Shown here: piece by piece, positions 17,711-26,423 of the stretch | How the letters are laid out: each line of letters begins with the position of its first letter | Position numbering within the stretch: the first letter of the stretch is position 1 | Source: Candidatus Bathyarchaeia archaeon | GTDB taxonomy: Archaea > Thermoproteota > Bathyarchaeia > Bathyarchaeales > Bathycorpusculaceae | Reading direction: 5' to 3' | Length of the DNA: 64,000 nucleotides | Assembly (NCBI GenBank): GCA_038817995.1 | Contig: JAWAZC010000003.1 | Coordinates: 1,664-65,663, forward strand | Notes under the pieces: generated by a model | What the model saw: the letters and a program-made list of their open reading frames with translations, nothing else | Databases searched by the model: none | What the model was told of the DNA's origin: nothing | Program-made: the position numbers and the translations under genes

Positions 17711-17720
17711 TATTTTTATA
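17711..17720 (-). promoter_or_regulatory. TATA box (TATAAAAATA on the minus strand) for ttuA; spacing suggests a leaderless or near-leaderless mRNA
   Basis: The motif lies about 22-31 nt upstream of the ttuA ATG (17689), the classical archaeal TATA-to-TSS distance. Confidence 0.4.
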
Positions 17721-17807
17721 CAGCAAAAACGTTAAACCAAAACGATTTATAGAATCTAATCACTATCTTAGCTCCGCGGTTTAATCTTCAAGCTGGGGTT
17801 TACTGTT

Positions 17808-19175
17808 ATGCTTAAACAAGATTTATCGTTCACCAACAGACGCAGAAAACGTGTTATCATAATGGGCGCCGCCGGCAGAGATTTTCACAACTTTAACGTT
17901 TATTTTAGGGACAACGACGACTATGAGATTGTCGCTTTCACAGCCACACAAATCCCAGGCATAGAAAGTAGAACTTACCCTCCTGAACTTGCTGGCAAAA
18001 ACTACCCGAATGGCATACCGATCTATCCGGAGGAGGAATTGGAGGAACTTATAAGAAAATACGACGTTGATGAGGTTATTTTTGCTTATAGCGACGTTTC
18101 CCACGAGTATGTTATGCATAAGGCGTCTATAGCATTGGCTAAGGGAGCAGACTTCAGGTTAATGGGACCTAAAACAACAATGCTGAAGGCCAAAGTTCCA
18201 GTAGTATCTGTGGGAGCTGTCAGAACCGGTTGCGGGAAAAGCCAAACTGCGCGACAGATCGCAAAAATCTTGAAAAACAAAGGCTTAAACGTGGTTGTGG
18301 TTAGGCATCCAATGCCCTACGGGGACCTACGGAAGCAAATTTGTCAACGCTTCGCCACTTATGAAGACCTTGATAGGTATAATTGCACAATAGAGGAGAG
18401 GGAAGAATACGAACACCACATAGACAATGGAGTGATCGTTTACGCTGGAGTAGATTACGAGAAAATTTTAAGATCAGCGGAGAAAGAGGCAGATGTAATC
18501 GTTTGGGACGGAGGAAACAATGATATACCTTTCTACAAACCAGACTTACATGTAGTTGTCGCCGATCCTCATAGAGCTGGGCATGAACTAACCCATCATC
18601 CCGGAGAAACCAATCTGCGCATGTCCAACGTGGTGATAATAAACAAAGTTGACACAGCACCTGCGGAAAGTGTTAACCGCGTTAGAGAAAACATTAGAAA
18701 AGTGAACCCAAACGCCATTATCTTAGAAGCAGCGTCACCAATAACGGCTGACAAACCAGAGCTCATCAAAGGTAAACGCGTCTTAATCATTGAAGATGGC
18801 CCCACGCTGACCCATGGAAACATGCCCTACGGCGCCGCCACAATATTGGTCAAGCAGCTCGGTGCAAGTGAACTAGTAAACCCCAGACCTTACGCTGTTG
18901 GTTCCATAAAGGAGGTTTACGAAAAATATCCGCATTTGGAAGCTGTGCTTCCAGCATTAGGTTACGGTGAAAAGCAGATTGCAGAATTAAATGAAACAAT
19001 CTCTCACACACCATGCGACGTTGTTGTTATTGGAACTCCAGTTGACTTGAGGAGGGTTATGAAAATAAACAAGCCTACCGTCAGAGTGAAATATGAACTA
19101 AAAGTTTTGGGACCAATATCGCTGGAACAAATTTTAGACGACTTTCTCGAGAAGGTGTGTAAACGTGGAAAATGA
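17808..19175 (+). CDS. P-loop NTPase of the COG2403 / cyclic 2,3-diphosphoglycerate synthetase-like family
   Basis: 455 aa. VIIMGAAGRDFHNFN N-terminus and a Walker-A-like GAVRTGCGKSQTA. The overall layout matches my recollection of cDPG-synthetase-like 'predicted GTPase' proteins. Function not established. Confidence 0.55.
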   Translation: MLKQDLSFTNRRRKRVIIMGAAGRDFHNFNVYFRDNDDYEIVAFTATQIPGIESRTYPPELAGKNYPNGIPIYPEEELEELIRKYDVDEVIFAYSDVSHEYVMHKASIALAKGADFRLMGPKTTMLKAKVPVVSVGAVRTGCGKSQTARQIAKILKNKGLNVVVVRHPMPYGDLRKQICQRFATYEDLDRYNCTIEEREEYEHHIDNGVIVYAGVDYEKILRSAEKEADVIVWDGGNNDIPFYKPDLHVVVADPHRAGHELTHHPGETNLRMSNVVIINKVDTAPAESVNRVRENIRKVNPNAIILEAASPITADKPELIKGKRVLIIEDGPTLTHGNMPYGAATILVKQLGASELVNPRPYAVGSIKEVYEKYPHLEAVLPALGYGEKQIAELNETISHTPCDVVVIGTPVDLRRVMKINKPTVRVKYELKVLGPISLEQILDDFLEKVCKRGK

Positions 19176-19542
19176 AGAGATCTCGAGGATAAAAATAAGA
19201 TTTGTAATTGAGGGTTTAGGCGAGGCTGAGGGCGAGCTAATTCGCCATATGTCTCCGAGAACCGTGGAGATGGTTGTTCGAAAACTTCCATTTGAAGGGA
19301 GGGCAGCCCTATGGAAAGAGGAGGTCTATTTTGAGATACCAGTTAAAATGGGAGAGGAAAAAGCAAAAAGCGTTGTAGAAAAGGGCACAATAGCATTCTG
19401 GCCTATGGGAAGCGCCCTATGCATATTTTATGGAGAATCCCAACCATACAGTCCAGTAAACGTTCTGGGGAAGATAACAAAAAATCTTGAACTTTTTAGC
19501 AAGGTGAAAAGTGGTACCGTGATTAGGGTGGAGAGGTTATAG
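19165..19542 (+). CDS. Cyclophilin-like (TM1367-like) superfamily protein
   Basis: 125 aa. The GTIAFWPMGSALCIFYGESQPYSPVNVLGKI motif resembles the conserved (D/T)IAYWPpGnAlcIFYG segment of the cyclophilin-like families. Overlaps the upstream gene by 11 nt. Confidence 0.6.
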   Translation: MENEEISRIKIRFVIEGLGEAEGELIRHMSPRTVEMVVRKLPFEGRAALWKEEVYFEIPVKMGEEKAKSVVEKGTIAFWPMGSALCIFYGESQPYSPVNVLGKITKNLELFSKVKSGTVIRVERL

Positions 19543-20013
19543 ATACACGCTTTCAGCCCAGCTTTTCAGCAGTTTTTCGCATTCTTCTCTCACTTCACGT
19601 TTTCTGCTTTTAACCTTCAACGCTTCAAGAAATTCGATGCGTTTTTGCACGGACCGCCTCTCAGCTTCACCTCCATAGTAAAGTTTGCCCTCAAGAAACT
19701 CCTTCATGTGATTTGCCTTTTGCACAAAAAGACTGGCGACGTCAACGGGATTTGCAACGGCATACTTGTTTGCCCATATGGTTGCTTCAGCCTCGCGAAG
19801 CTGTGTGAAACCATCAACTTCGGATATCTCCCGAATATAGGTCCTAAGGAAATCGTAGTAGCCTGCCGTTTTAACAAGTTTAAGAGCCTCCCTTACTTTT
19901 TGCTTAAACTCCGGGCTTCCCTTAACCTTCAAACGATGCTTAAAACCTTTCTTGATTAGTGCTTCTACTTTTTGTACATCCTCTTCTGTTTGAATCCTTT
20001 CAGGGTAGGACAC
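19537..20013 (-). CDS. Hypothetical protein, helical, no family recognised
   Basis: 158-aa ORF with plausible coding composition, convergent with the cyclophilin-like gene (6-nt 3' overlap). Confidence 0.5.
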   Translation of the reverse strand: MSYPERIQTEEDVQKVEALIKKGFKHRLKVKGSPEFKQKVREALKLVKTAGYYDFLRTYIREISEVDGFTQLREAEATIWANKYAVANPVDVASLFVQKANHMKEFLEGKLYYGGEAERRSVQKRIEFLEALKVKSRKREVREECEKLLKSWAESVYL

Positions 20014-20041
20014 GCGCTCTCCTCAAAACGGATTTTGGCTG

Positions 20042-20380
20042 TTAATCTACAGCCTTATATATCTTGATATCATGGTTTCCAGAAACCAATCTGACCAAGC
20101 CATCGCTTTCAAGTTGTTCAAGTAAATCTTTTGCAGCGCTAATCCTGAGATTGAATTTTGACGCCACAGCGTAAGGTGTTAGAACACGCATTTTCCTCAG
20201 TTCCTCCAGCATTTTACCGCCTTTAATATCAGGACCCACTATGCCTGCTAGTTTCTTCTCCTTAAGAGCCGCCTTTTCCTTTTCTTTCTCTTTCTTCTTT
20301 TTCTCTTCCTCATCTTTCCGCATTTGCATGCGTTCCATCTGTTTCAAGGTCAGCTTCTTTTTTCCACCCATTAGTAACAC
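20042..20380 (-). CDS. rps25e: Ribosomal protein eS25 (S25e)
   Basis: Lys/Glu-rich N-terminus followed by the winged-helix part VLTPYAVASKFNLRISAAKDLLEQLESDGLV. Confidence 0.85.
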   Translation of the reverse strand: MLLMGGKKKLTLKQMERMQMRKDEEEKKKKEKEKEKAALKEKKLAGIVGPDIKGGKMLEELRKMRVLTPYAVASKFNLRISAAKDLLEQLESDGLVRLVSGNHDIKIYKAVD

Positions 20381-20482
20381 CCATTTAGAGCAAGTGTAGG
20401 ATATTCTCCGCGTTTCTTATATCTATTACGAGCACAGTCATTTCTTGGAAAATATGTGAAAAAGAGGGAGGGTTTAGAGAAT

Positions 20483-20704
20483 TCATCTGCCCATAACTTT
20501 TCGGGCGGCGATTTCAATGTCCTCAGCTTTTATTGTTTTTCGTCCAGTGTGCATTGCAAAATCTAAGGCTTCCTTGGCTATTTTAATCCCAATTTCCTCC
20601 AAAGCCTTGGCAAGCTCTCTAGCGGCTGCCTCGCTCACCCTCTCCGCTCCAGCCTTCTTGCAAATCCTATGCATGGGAGCAATTGCCAACTCCAAATCCG
20701 CCAT
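20483..20704 (-). CDS. Archaeal histone (histone-fold, HMf-like)
   Basis: 73 aa. [61 protein letters not shown] has the canonical three-helix histone fold with the RKT loop. Confidence 0.85.
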   Translation of the reverse strand: MADLELAIAPMHRICKKAGAERVSEAAARELAKALEEIGIKIAKEALDFAMHTGRKTIKAEDIEIAARKVMGR

Positions 20705-20862
20705 AAAGGCTCCTCCAGTGCCTCTCTTTGTATTTAGAGCAATATTTAACGTTTATTGCACTTTATCTTCCAAAAACAAACTCCAAAAGTCTGTCTTCTT
20801 TAACCGACAGAGGAAATTATAAAAACCTCTAGGAAGGTAGTTTATGCCAAAAGTGAACGATA

Positions 20863-21666
20863 ATGAAACCTTTAAGGTATGTTGACGCCCACATACACCT
20901 GTCAGATGAGGAATACGTGGAAAAAATTGATGACATTCTTTCAGAAGCGAAAAAATTCAACGTTGTTGCATTAGTTTCTAATTCTATGGATCTTGGAACA
21001 AGCATCAGAAGCCTAGAACTAGCCACACGCCATGAGGGCGTCTACGCTGCCTTAGGAATTCATCCTTGGACCGTAAACGATCTAACAGAGGCTCAGTTGC
21101 GCCAGACCTGCGAATTCATTTTGAAACAAAAGCAGAACAAATCAGTCGTAGCTATAGGAGAAGTAGGCTTGGATTATAAGTATCAGAAGATCTGGGATAA
21201 ACAGTTGAAAGTATTTGACGAAATGCTTAGGTTAGCCGAAAAAATGGAACGACCCGTAATAATTCATTCCCGTGGCACAACCGCAAAAATTGTGGATATG
21301 CTTCCATCCTACCAGCTGAAAAAAGTTCTGCTTCACTGGTTCAGTAACCCAATTAGCGCACTATCCAAAGCTATAGATAGTGGGTATTACATAAGCGAGG
21401 GACCACCAGCAGCTTATTCTGAAGGCATTCGAGAAGTTATTAGACGTGTTCCCTTGGAAAATCTCCTGACGGAAACCGACGGGCCTGTCCGTTATTACAA
21501 AAGTCCATTTGATGGCAGGTTAACTAGTCCAGCCTTTCTGCCGGCAGTTGTCAACGCCATAGCGGAAGTGAAGAGGAAAACCGTTGTTGAGGTTGCGGAG
21601 CAAATGCTAAAAAATTTCGAGGAATTTTTCGGCTTAAAGTTGAATTCTACAGATGCAAACGCGTAA
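20863..21666 (+). CDS. tatD: TatD family metal-dependent hydrolase
   Basis: VDAHIHL at the N-terminus, GEVGLDY, IIHSR and ETDGP motifs. Confidence 0.85.
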   Translation: MKPLRYVDAHIHLSDEEYVEKIDDILSEAKKFNVVALVSNSMDLGTSIRSLELATRHEGVYAALGIHPWTVNDLTEAQLRQTCEFILKQKQNKSVVAIGEVGLDYKYQKIWDKQLKVFDEMLRLAEKMERPVIIHSRGTTAKIVDMLPSYQLKKVLLHWFSNPISALSKAIDSGYYISEGPPAAYSEGIREVIRRVPLENLLTETDGPVRYYKSPFDGRLTSPAFLPAVVNAIAEVKRKTVVEVAEQMLKNFEEFFGLKLNSTDANA

Positions 21667-21747
21667 AGTTAAATTAGTTTCACGTTATGAAAGACTCACT
21701 TATCTAGGCGGCAATGTAAATGCTAGACTAAGCGTGGAGGAAAATGA

Positions 21748-21966
21748 TTGGGAAAGGTTCGAACCGAACAGATTAAACGTATAGCCAAAGAACTCATTAG
21801 ACGTTTTCCTAACAGGTTTTCCGGAAATTTTGAAGAAAACAAGCGTGTTGTCGCTGCTCTTGTGCCCGGAGCCACCACAAAAGTGCGGAACCAGATTGCA
21901 GGTTACATAACACACTTCTATGGAGGGGCAGCGTCTTCTGACGAAAGCCTGGAGGAAAGCGAGTAG
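21748..21966 (+). CDS. rps17e: Ribosomal protein eS17 (S17e)
   Basis: MGKVRTEQIKRIAKELIRRFPNRFSGNFEENKRVV. TTG start 8 nt downstream of a GGAGG motif. Confidence 0.9.
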   Translation: MGKVRTEQIKRIAKELIRRFPNRFSGNFEENKRVVAALVPGATTKVRNQIAGYITHFYGGAASSDESLEESE

Positions 21967-22009
21967 CTTATTAGATGCTTTCACATTTTAGAGAGCCGGA
22001 AGTGGAGCG

Positions 22010-22384
22010 ATGATCGACGATTATAGGCGTGGGTGGGCTTTACGCTATTTGCGGGAGGCAAAGGCAGAGCTAGAAGCTGCAAGAAAAATGCCTTATATGG
22101 CTCCAAGCCTAATTCTGGAGGCTGTAAGAAAAGCAAGGAACGCCATATACTACAGCCTAGGCGAGCCGGCGTTCATCGAAAACATTGTAAGAGAAGCCAT
22201 AGAAAAAGCTCAGACGAAAAACGACCCCATTCTGAAATGCTTAGCGGAAATCGAAGAGATCATGCAACAGCTGGCACAGGTAGAGGATATGGATGAGGAA
22301 AAAGCCATTAAAAAGGCGGATATTCTTGTCCAAACAGCATCAGAAATTGTTGAAACAGTTACAGGGGAAAAAGTGGAAGGCTAA
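22010..22384 (+). CDS. Hypothetical all-helical protein, possibly HEPN-like
   Basis: 124 aa. The helical pattern RYLREAKAELEAARK...AVRKARNAIYYSL is reminiscent of HEPN/PaREP-like bundles. No catalytic RxxxxH motif seen. Confidence 0.4.
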   Translation: MIDDYRRGWALRYLREAKAELEAARKMPYMAPSLILEAVRKARNAIYYSLGEPAFIENIVREAIEKAQTKNDPILKCLAEIEEIMQQLAQVEDMDEEKAIKKADILVQTASEIVETVTGEKVEG

Positions 22385-23553
22385 AGTCCTTCAAGAGCCA
22401 TCTCGATTCTTTTTAGGGCTTCTTTAATATTTTCAATGGAGTTTGCAAAAGATAAGCGTAAATACCCTTCCCCATATTTTCCGAAAGCTGTACCAGGTAA
22501 CACGGCTACACCAGTTTCGTTGAGGAGGTAGTCTGACAGTTCTTTGGAGCGCATCCCCGTGCCAGTTACGTTGGGGAAAATATAGAATGAGCCTTTAGGC
22601 TTTCTGCAGGTTATGCCCTTAATTTTGTTTAGACCTTCCACTATTATTTCTCTCCGTTTTCTGAATTCTGCAACCATTCGATCCACAGAATTTTGGGGAC
22701 CTTTTAGGGCTTCTATGCCGGCGACTTGAACAAAAGCGCAGGTGCATGAGTTGGAGTTAATCATTAGTTGGGTGATTTTTTCAGCCAAGTCCTTACGCAT
22801 TACACCGTAGCCGAGCCTCCAGCCTGTCATAGCGTAGGTTTTCGAAAAACCATCGAGGATTATTGTTTTCTCTTTCATCCCTGGAAGCGAAGCAATGCTT
22901 TCATGAGTCCCCTCGTATATTATGCGGCTGTAGACTTCGTCTGAGAGGACGATCACGTCGTCCCTGTTGGCTATGCAATCCGCCACGACTTTCAAATCTT
23001 CTTTTGTTAAAACACTGCCTGTAGGGTTCCCCGGCGAGTTGAGAATAATCATTTTGGTCTTCTTTGTTATCTTCTCCTTTACATATTCATGGTCAATACT
23101 GAAGTCGTTTTCCTCCATAAGTGGAATTGGCACTGGCTTGGCTCCAACAAAATTTATCACTGACTCGTAAATTGGAAAGCCAGGGTTTGGGTATAAGACT
23201 TCATCGCCTGGATTCACGCATGCCAGTATAGCAAAAAATATTATTGGCTTTGCGCCTGGTGTAACGACAACCTCCTCCGGGTCGACTGGTATTTTTCTGG
23301 TTTTGGAAATGTACTCGGCTATGGCTTCTCGAAGTTCTGGTATGCCGGCGGCTGGCACATAGTGGGTGTAGCCGGAATAAAGGGCTTTAACCGCAGCCTC
23401 CTTTATGTTCTGAGGTGTGTCAAAATCAGGCTCGCCTATTTCTAGGTGTATAATGTTTTTTCCTTGCCTTTCAAGAGCCTTCGCCTTGGCAAGCACTTCA
23501 AAAGCTGTTTCTGTTCCAAGGACAGCCATTCTGTCCGCGAATATGGAGGACAT
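22381..23553 (-). CDS. PLP-dependent aminotransferase, class I (aspartate/aromatic aminotransferase-like)
   Basis: 390 aa. NPGNPTG, the SKTYAMTGWRLGY PLP-lysine motif, and a C-terminal RLSFA. Confidence 0.9.
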   Translation of the reverse strand: MSSIFADRMAVLGTETAFEVLAKAKALERQGKNIIHLEIGEPDFDTPQNIKEAAVKALYSGYTHYVPAAGIPELREAIAEYISKTRKIPVDPEEVVVTPGAKPIIFFAILACVNPGDEVLYPNPGFPIYESVINFVGAKPVPIPLMEENDFSIDHEYVKEKITKKTKMIILNSPGNPTGSVLTKEDLKVVADCIANRDDVIVLSDEVYSRIIYEGTHESIASLPGMKEKTIILDGFSKTYAMTGWRLGYGVMRKDLAEKITQLMINSNSCTCAFVQVAGIEALKGPQNSVDRMVAEFRKRREIIVEGLNKIKGITCRKPKGSFYIFPNVTGTGMRSKELSDYLLNETGVAVLPGTAFGKYGEGYLRLSFANSIENIKEALKRIEMALEGL

Positions 23554-23631
23554 AGAGCCACCGCTTTTTACATTTCGAAAACGGACTGAATATTAACCAT
23601 ACACTTTTAAAAAGTTTTCAGAAAACGACCG

Positions 23632-24639
23632 TTAGAGAAGTTTTAATGGTGAGCGTATCTGGAGGACCTCAGGGTTTACAAGGTTTGGCGGCGGCCTTCC
23701 CTCAAAAAAGGCGACGAGGTTTTCAGCGGTCATTTCAGCCATTCTTGAACGGGTTTCATAACTTGCGCTGGATATGTGTGGAGCAACCACAATGTTGTCA
23801 AGTTTGAGTAGCGGATTATCCATTGGTGTGGGTTCCTGCTCGAAAACGTCTAAAGCTGCACCTGCAATCCAACCTTCTTTCAAAGCTTTGTAGAGAGCCT
23901 TCTCGTCAACAACAGGTCCCCTAGAGTTGTTGACGAGGTAAGCTGTTTTCTTCATAAGTTTGAGCTTCTCTTCGTTAACAAGGTGGTAGGTTTCTTTCGT
24001 TAGAGGAACATGGATACTTATGAAGTCAGCTTCTCTGAAAAGCGTGTCCAAATCAACCCGTTTGGCGCCAAGTTCCCTTTCCAACTCTGGAGGCATTGGC
24101 ACAACATCATAGTAGATTATTTTCATGTTGAATCCTTTTGCTCTTTTAGCAACAGCTGTTCCAATTCTACCAGCACCCAATATGCCAAGTGTGGCACCAT
24201 ATACATCTCTACCCAACAACATGCTGGGGTGCCAGCTTACTTTCCACTGGCCTGTCCGTACATATCTGTCCGCTTCAACCACGCGTCTAGCAACAGCCAT
24301 AAGTAGAGCCCACGCAAAATCTGCCGTTGTTTCAGTTAAAACGCCGGGTGTGTTGGTTACGTATATACCCCTCTTTGTGGCTTCAGCAACGTCTATGTTA
24401 TCGTAGCCAACCGCCATTTGAGCAACTATCTTAAGTTTCGGAGCCGCATCAAAGACTTCAGCGTCTATCTTATCCGTCAAAAGTGTGACCAAAGCGTCAA
24501 CGTCCCTCACTCTCCTTACTATTTCATCCTTTGGTGGCGGTCCATATTCTGGCCAAACTTCCACGTCGAAGCGTTCCCCTATTATTTTCATTCCTCTTTC
24601 AGGGAGCTCGCGGGTTACGTAAACTTTTGGCTTTGTCAT
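23632..24639 (-). CDS. gyaR: D-2-hydroxyacid dehydrogenase (glyoxylate/hydroxypyruvate reductase)
   Basis: MTKPKVYVTRELPE..., NAD-binding GILGAGRIGTAVAKRA, NNSRGPVVDE, and the catalytic HISSAS region. The start at the internal ATG 24639 is preferred over the track start at 24672. Confidence 0.85.
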   Translation of the reverse strand: MTKPKVYVTRELPERGMKIIGERFDVEVWPEYGPPPKDEIVRRVRDVDALVTLLTDKIDAEVFDAAPKLKIVAQMAVGYDNIDVAEATKRGIYVTNTPGVLTETTADFAWALLMAVARRVVEADRYVRTGQWKVSWHPSMLLGRDVYGATLGILGAGRIGTAVAKRAKGFNMKIIYYDVVPMPPELERELGAKRVDLDTLFREADFISIHVPLTKETYHLVNEEKLKLMKKTAYLVNNSRGPVVDEKALYKALKEGWIAGAALDVFEQEPTPMDNPLLKLDNIVVAPHISSASYETRSRMAEMTAENLVAFFEGRPPPNLVNPEVLQIRSPLKLL

Positions 24640-24735
24640 GAATAGGGCCACCAAACAATTGTTGCAAAACACTTTATTAATGCTAGATTTATTACATTTA
24701 CCATCTTACTTCCCGCAAGCTTTGACGGGAACAAG

Positions 24736-26115
24736 ATGACGGTTTCCATTAAAAACTTGGAGCAACTTATCCAGAACGGACAGACAGGGGCAGACAAAAA
24801 GGCGAGAAAGCTAGCCTTAAAAAGTCTTGAGGCCGCGGTTAGGGCGGTGGACCCTAAAAGGTTAATAGTATCAAAGCTAACGTTGGATGGTTCTATCTTG
24901 AAAGTGAATGGTTTAGCCTTCGATCTGAGTCGATTCAAAAACGTGTATGTTATTGGTGGAGGAAAGGCTAGCGGTTCTATGGCTGAAGCCCTAGAAACGG
25001 TTTTAGGCAAAAGAATAACGGAAGGCTTTGTTAACGTGCCGAAGGGCAGCATGCACAAAACAAAAATTGTGCAACTTCATGAAGCAAGCCATCCCATACC
25101 AGACGAATCGGGAGTTGAAGGCGTCAAACGCATGCTTGAAATAGCAGAAAAAGCCATGGAAGACGACTTAATAATATGCTTGATATCTGGTGGAGGTTCC
25201 AGTTTAATGCCGCTGCCAAGAAATGGGATAACGCTGGCAGATAAAAGGAAAATCACAGAAGACTTGCTCAAGTGTGGTGCAACGATAAACGAGATAAACA
25301 CTGTGAGAAAACACATTTCGGGGGTTAAGGGCGGCTGGCTAGCGAAAAAAGCCTACCCAGCCACCGTTCTAAGTCTCATTCTTTCAGACGTGCTCGGCGA
25401 CCCTCTCGATTTCATTGCTTCTGGACCCACAGTTCCAGATTCAACAACTTTTAGTGACGCTGTAAAAATTTTGAAAAAATATCGGTTATGGGAGAAGGCT
25501 CCTGAATCAATTAGGAGAGTTTTAACTGAAGGAGAAAAGGGGCTTATTCCTGAAACTCCGAAGGCGGGGGATGAAGCCTTTGAAAAGGTTTTCAGTGTTG
25601 TGATTGGAAATTGCAGAGACGCATGCATGGTAGCATGCGAAAGCTTAAAGTCCGAAGGATTGAACATTCTGCTTTTAACTTCACTTCTTGAGGGTGAGGC
25701 ACGACACGTTGGAACGGTTTTGGCTTCGGTAGCGCGTGAGATTGCTGTCTCCGGAAACCCGGTGCAAAAACCCGCAGCAATAGTAGTTGGAGGGGAAACA
25801 ACCGTTACGGTTGCCGGCAAAGGCAAAGGAGGAAGGAATCAAGAAATAGCCTTAGCCGCCGCTCTGAAAATTAAAGGCTTAGATGGATGTGTTGTTGCCT
25901 CGCTAAGCACCGACGGAGTAGACGGCCCAACCGACGCTGCAGGTGCTTTGGCTGACGGAAAAACAGTGACAAGGGCGGAAAAAGCTGGACTTAAAGCGGA
26001 GAATTTTCTCGCCGAAAATGATTCTTACAATTTCTTTTCGAAGCTTGATGATTTGATATTTACCGGTCCAACGGGAACAAACGTAAACGACATATCCGTC
26101 GTCGTAGTTTTATAA
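24736..26115 (+). CDS. Glycerate 2-kinase (DUF4147 + MOFRL domains)
   Basis: 459 aa. VIGGGKASGSMA, LISGGGSSL, NTVRKHISGVKGG, and a C-terminal GGETTV...GGRNQE...STDGVDGPTDAAGA (MOFRL). Confidence 0.8.
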   Translation: MTVSIKNLEQLIQNGQTGADKKARKLALKSLEAAVRAVDPKRLIVSKLTLDGSILKVNGLAFDLSRFKNVYVIGGGKASGSMAEALETVLGKRITEGFVNVPKGSMHKTKIVQLHEASHPIPDESGVEGVKRMLEIAEKAMEDDLIICLISGGGSSLMPLPRNGITLADKRKITEDLLKCGATINEINTVRKHISGVKGGWLAKKAYPATVLSLILSDVLGDPLDFIASGPTVPDSTTFSDAVKILKKYRLWEKAPESIRRVLTEGEKGLIPETPKAGDEAFEKVFSVVIGNCRDACMVACESLKSEGLNILLLTSLLEGEARHVGTVLASVAREIAVSGNPVQKPAAIVVGGETTVTVAGKGKGGRNQEIALAAALKIKGLDGCVVASLSTDGVDGPTDAAGALADGKTVTRAEKAGLKAENFLAENDSYNFFSKLDDLIFTGPTGTNVNDISVVVVL

Positions 26116-26147
26116 CTTGGGGAGCAGCTCTGAGCATAAACATAACA

Positions 26148-26423
26148 GTGAAGTTTGTCGGCAGCTTACGCAACGCCATTGGAAAAGGCAGGGTCAAATT
26201 GACAGTTAACGGGGCAGATAAGACAATTAGAGATTTGATAGGCGTTATTGTTGAAGGGTTCCCTCAAGCAAGAAGAGTCCTCATAGACCCAGAGTTGGAG
26301 GACCCGAGACCAAACGCCTTAATAATTGTGAATGGTAAGGAGATAAGTGTCTTAAACGGTTTGGAAACAATCCTCAAGGATGAGGACGAAGTTGTTTTCG
26401 TCCCGGTTTCTCATGGCGGATGA
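26148..26423 (+). CDS. MoaD/ThiS-family ubiquitin-like small protein with a C-terminal Gly-Gly (SAMP-like sulfur carrier or modifier)
   Basis: 91 aa. Beta-grasp pattern, IIVNGKE, DEVVFVPVSHGG-stop. GTG start; the true start may lie a few codons upstream. Confidence 0.7.
   Translation: MKFVGSLRNAIGKGRVKLTVNGADKTIRDLIGVIVEGFPQARRVLIDPELEDPRPNALIIVNGKEISVLNGLETILKDEDEVVFVPVSHGG

Noticed and set aside
21756-21765. GGTTCGAACC, a tRNA T-arm-like motif
   Set aside because: It lies inside the eS17 coding sequence (MGKVRTEQ...). No acceptor, D or anticodon arm can be built around it. A similar GGTTCAATCCCC at about 42097-42108 lies inside rps3ae.
24636-25058. 140-aa minus-strand ORF, and the 11-codon extension of gyaR (24640-24672)
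   Set aside because: The 140-aa ORF is antisense to the well-supported glycerate kinase N-terminus. The gyaR extension (MFCNNCLVALF) precedes the canonical MTKPKVYVTR start.
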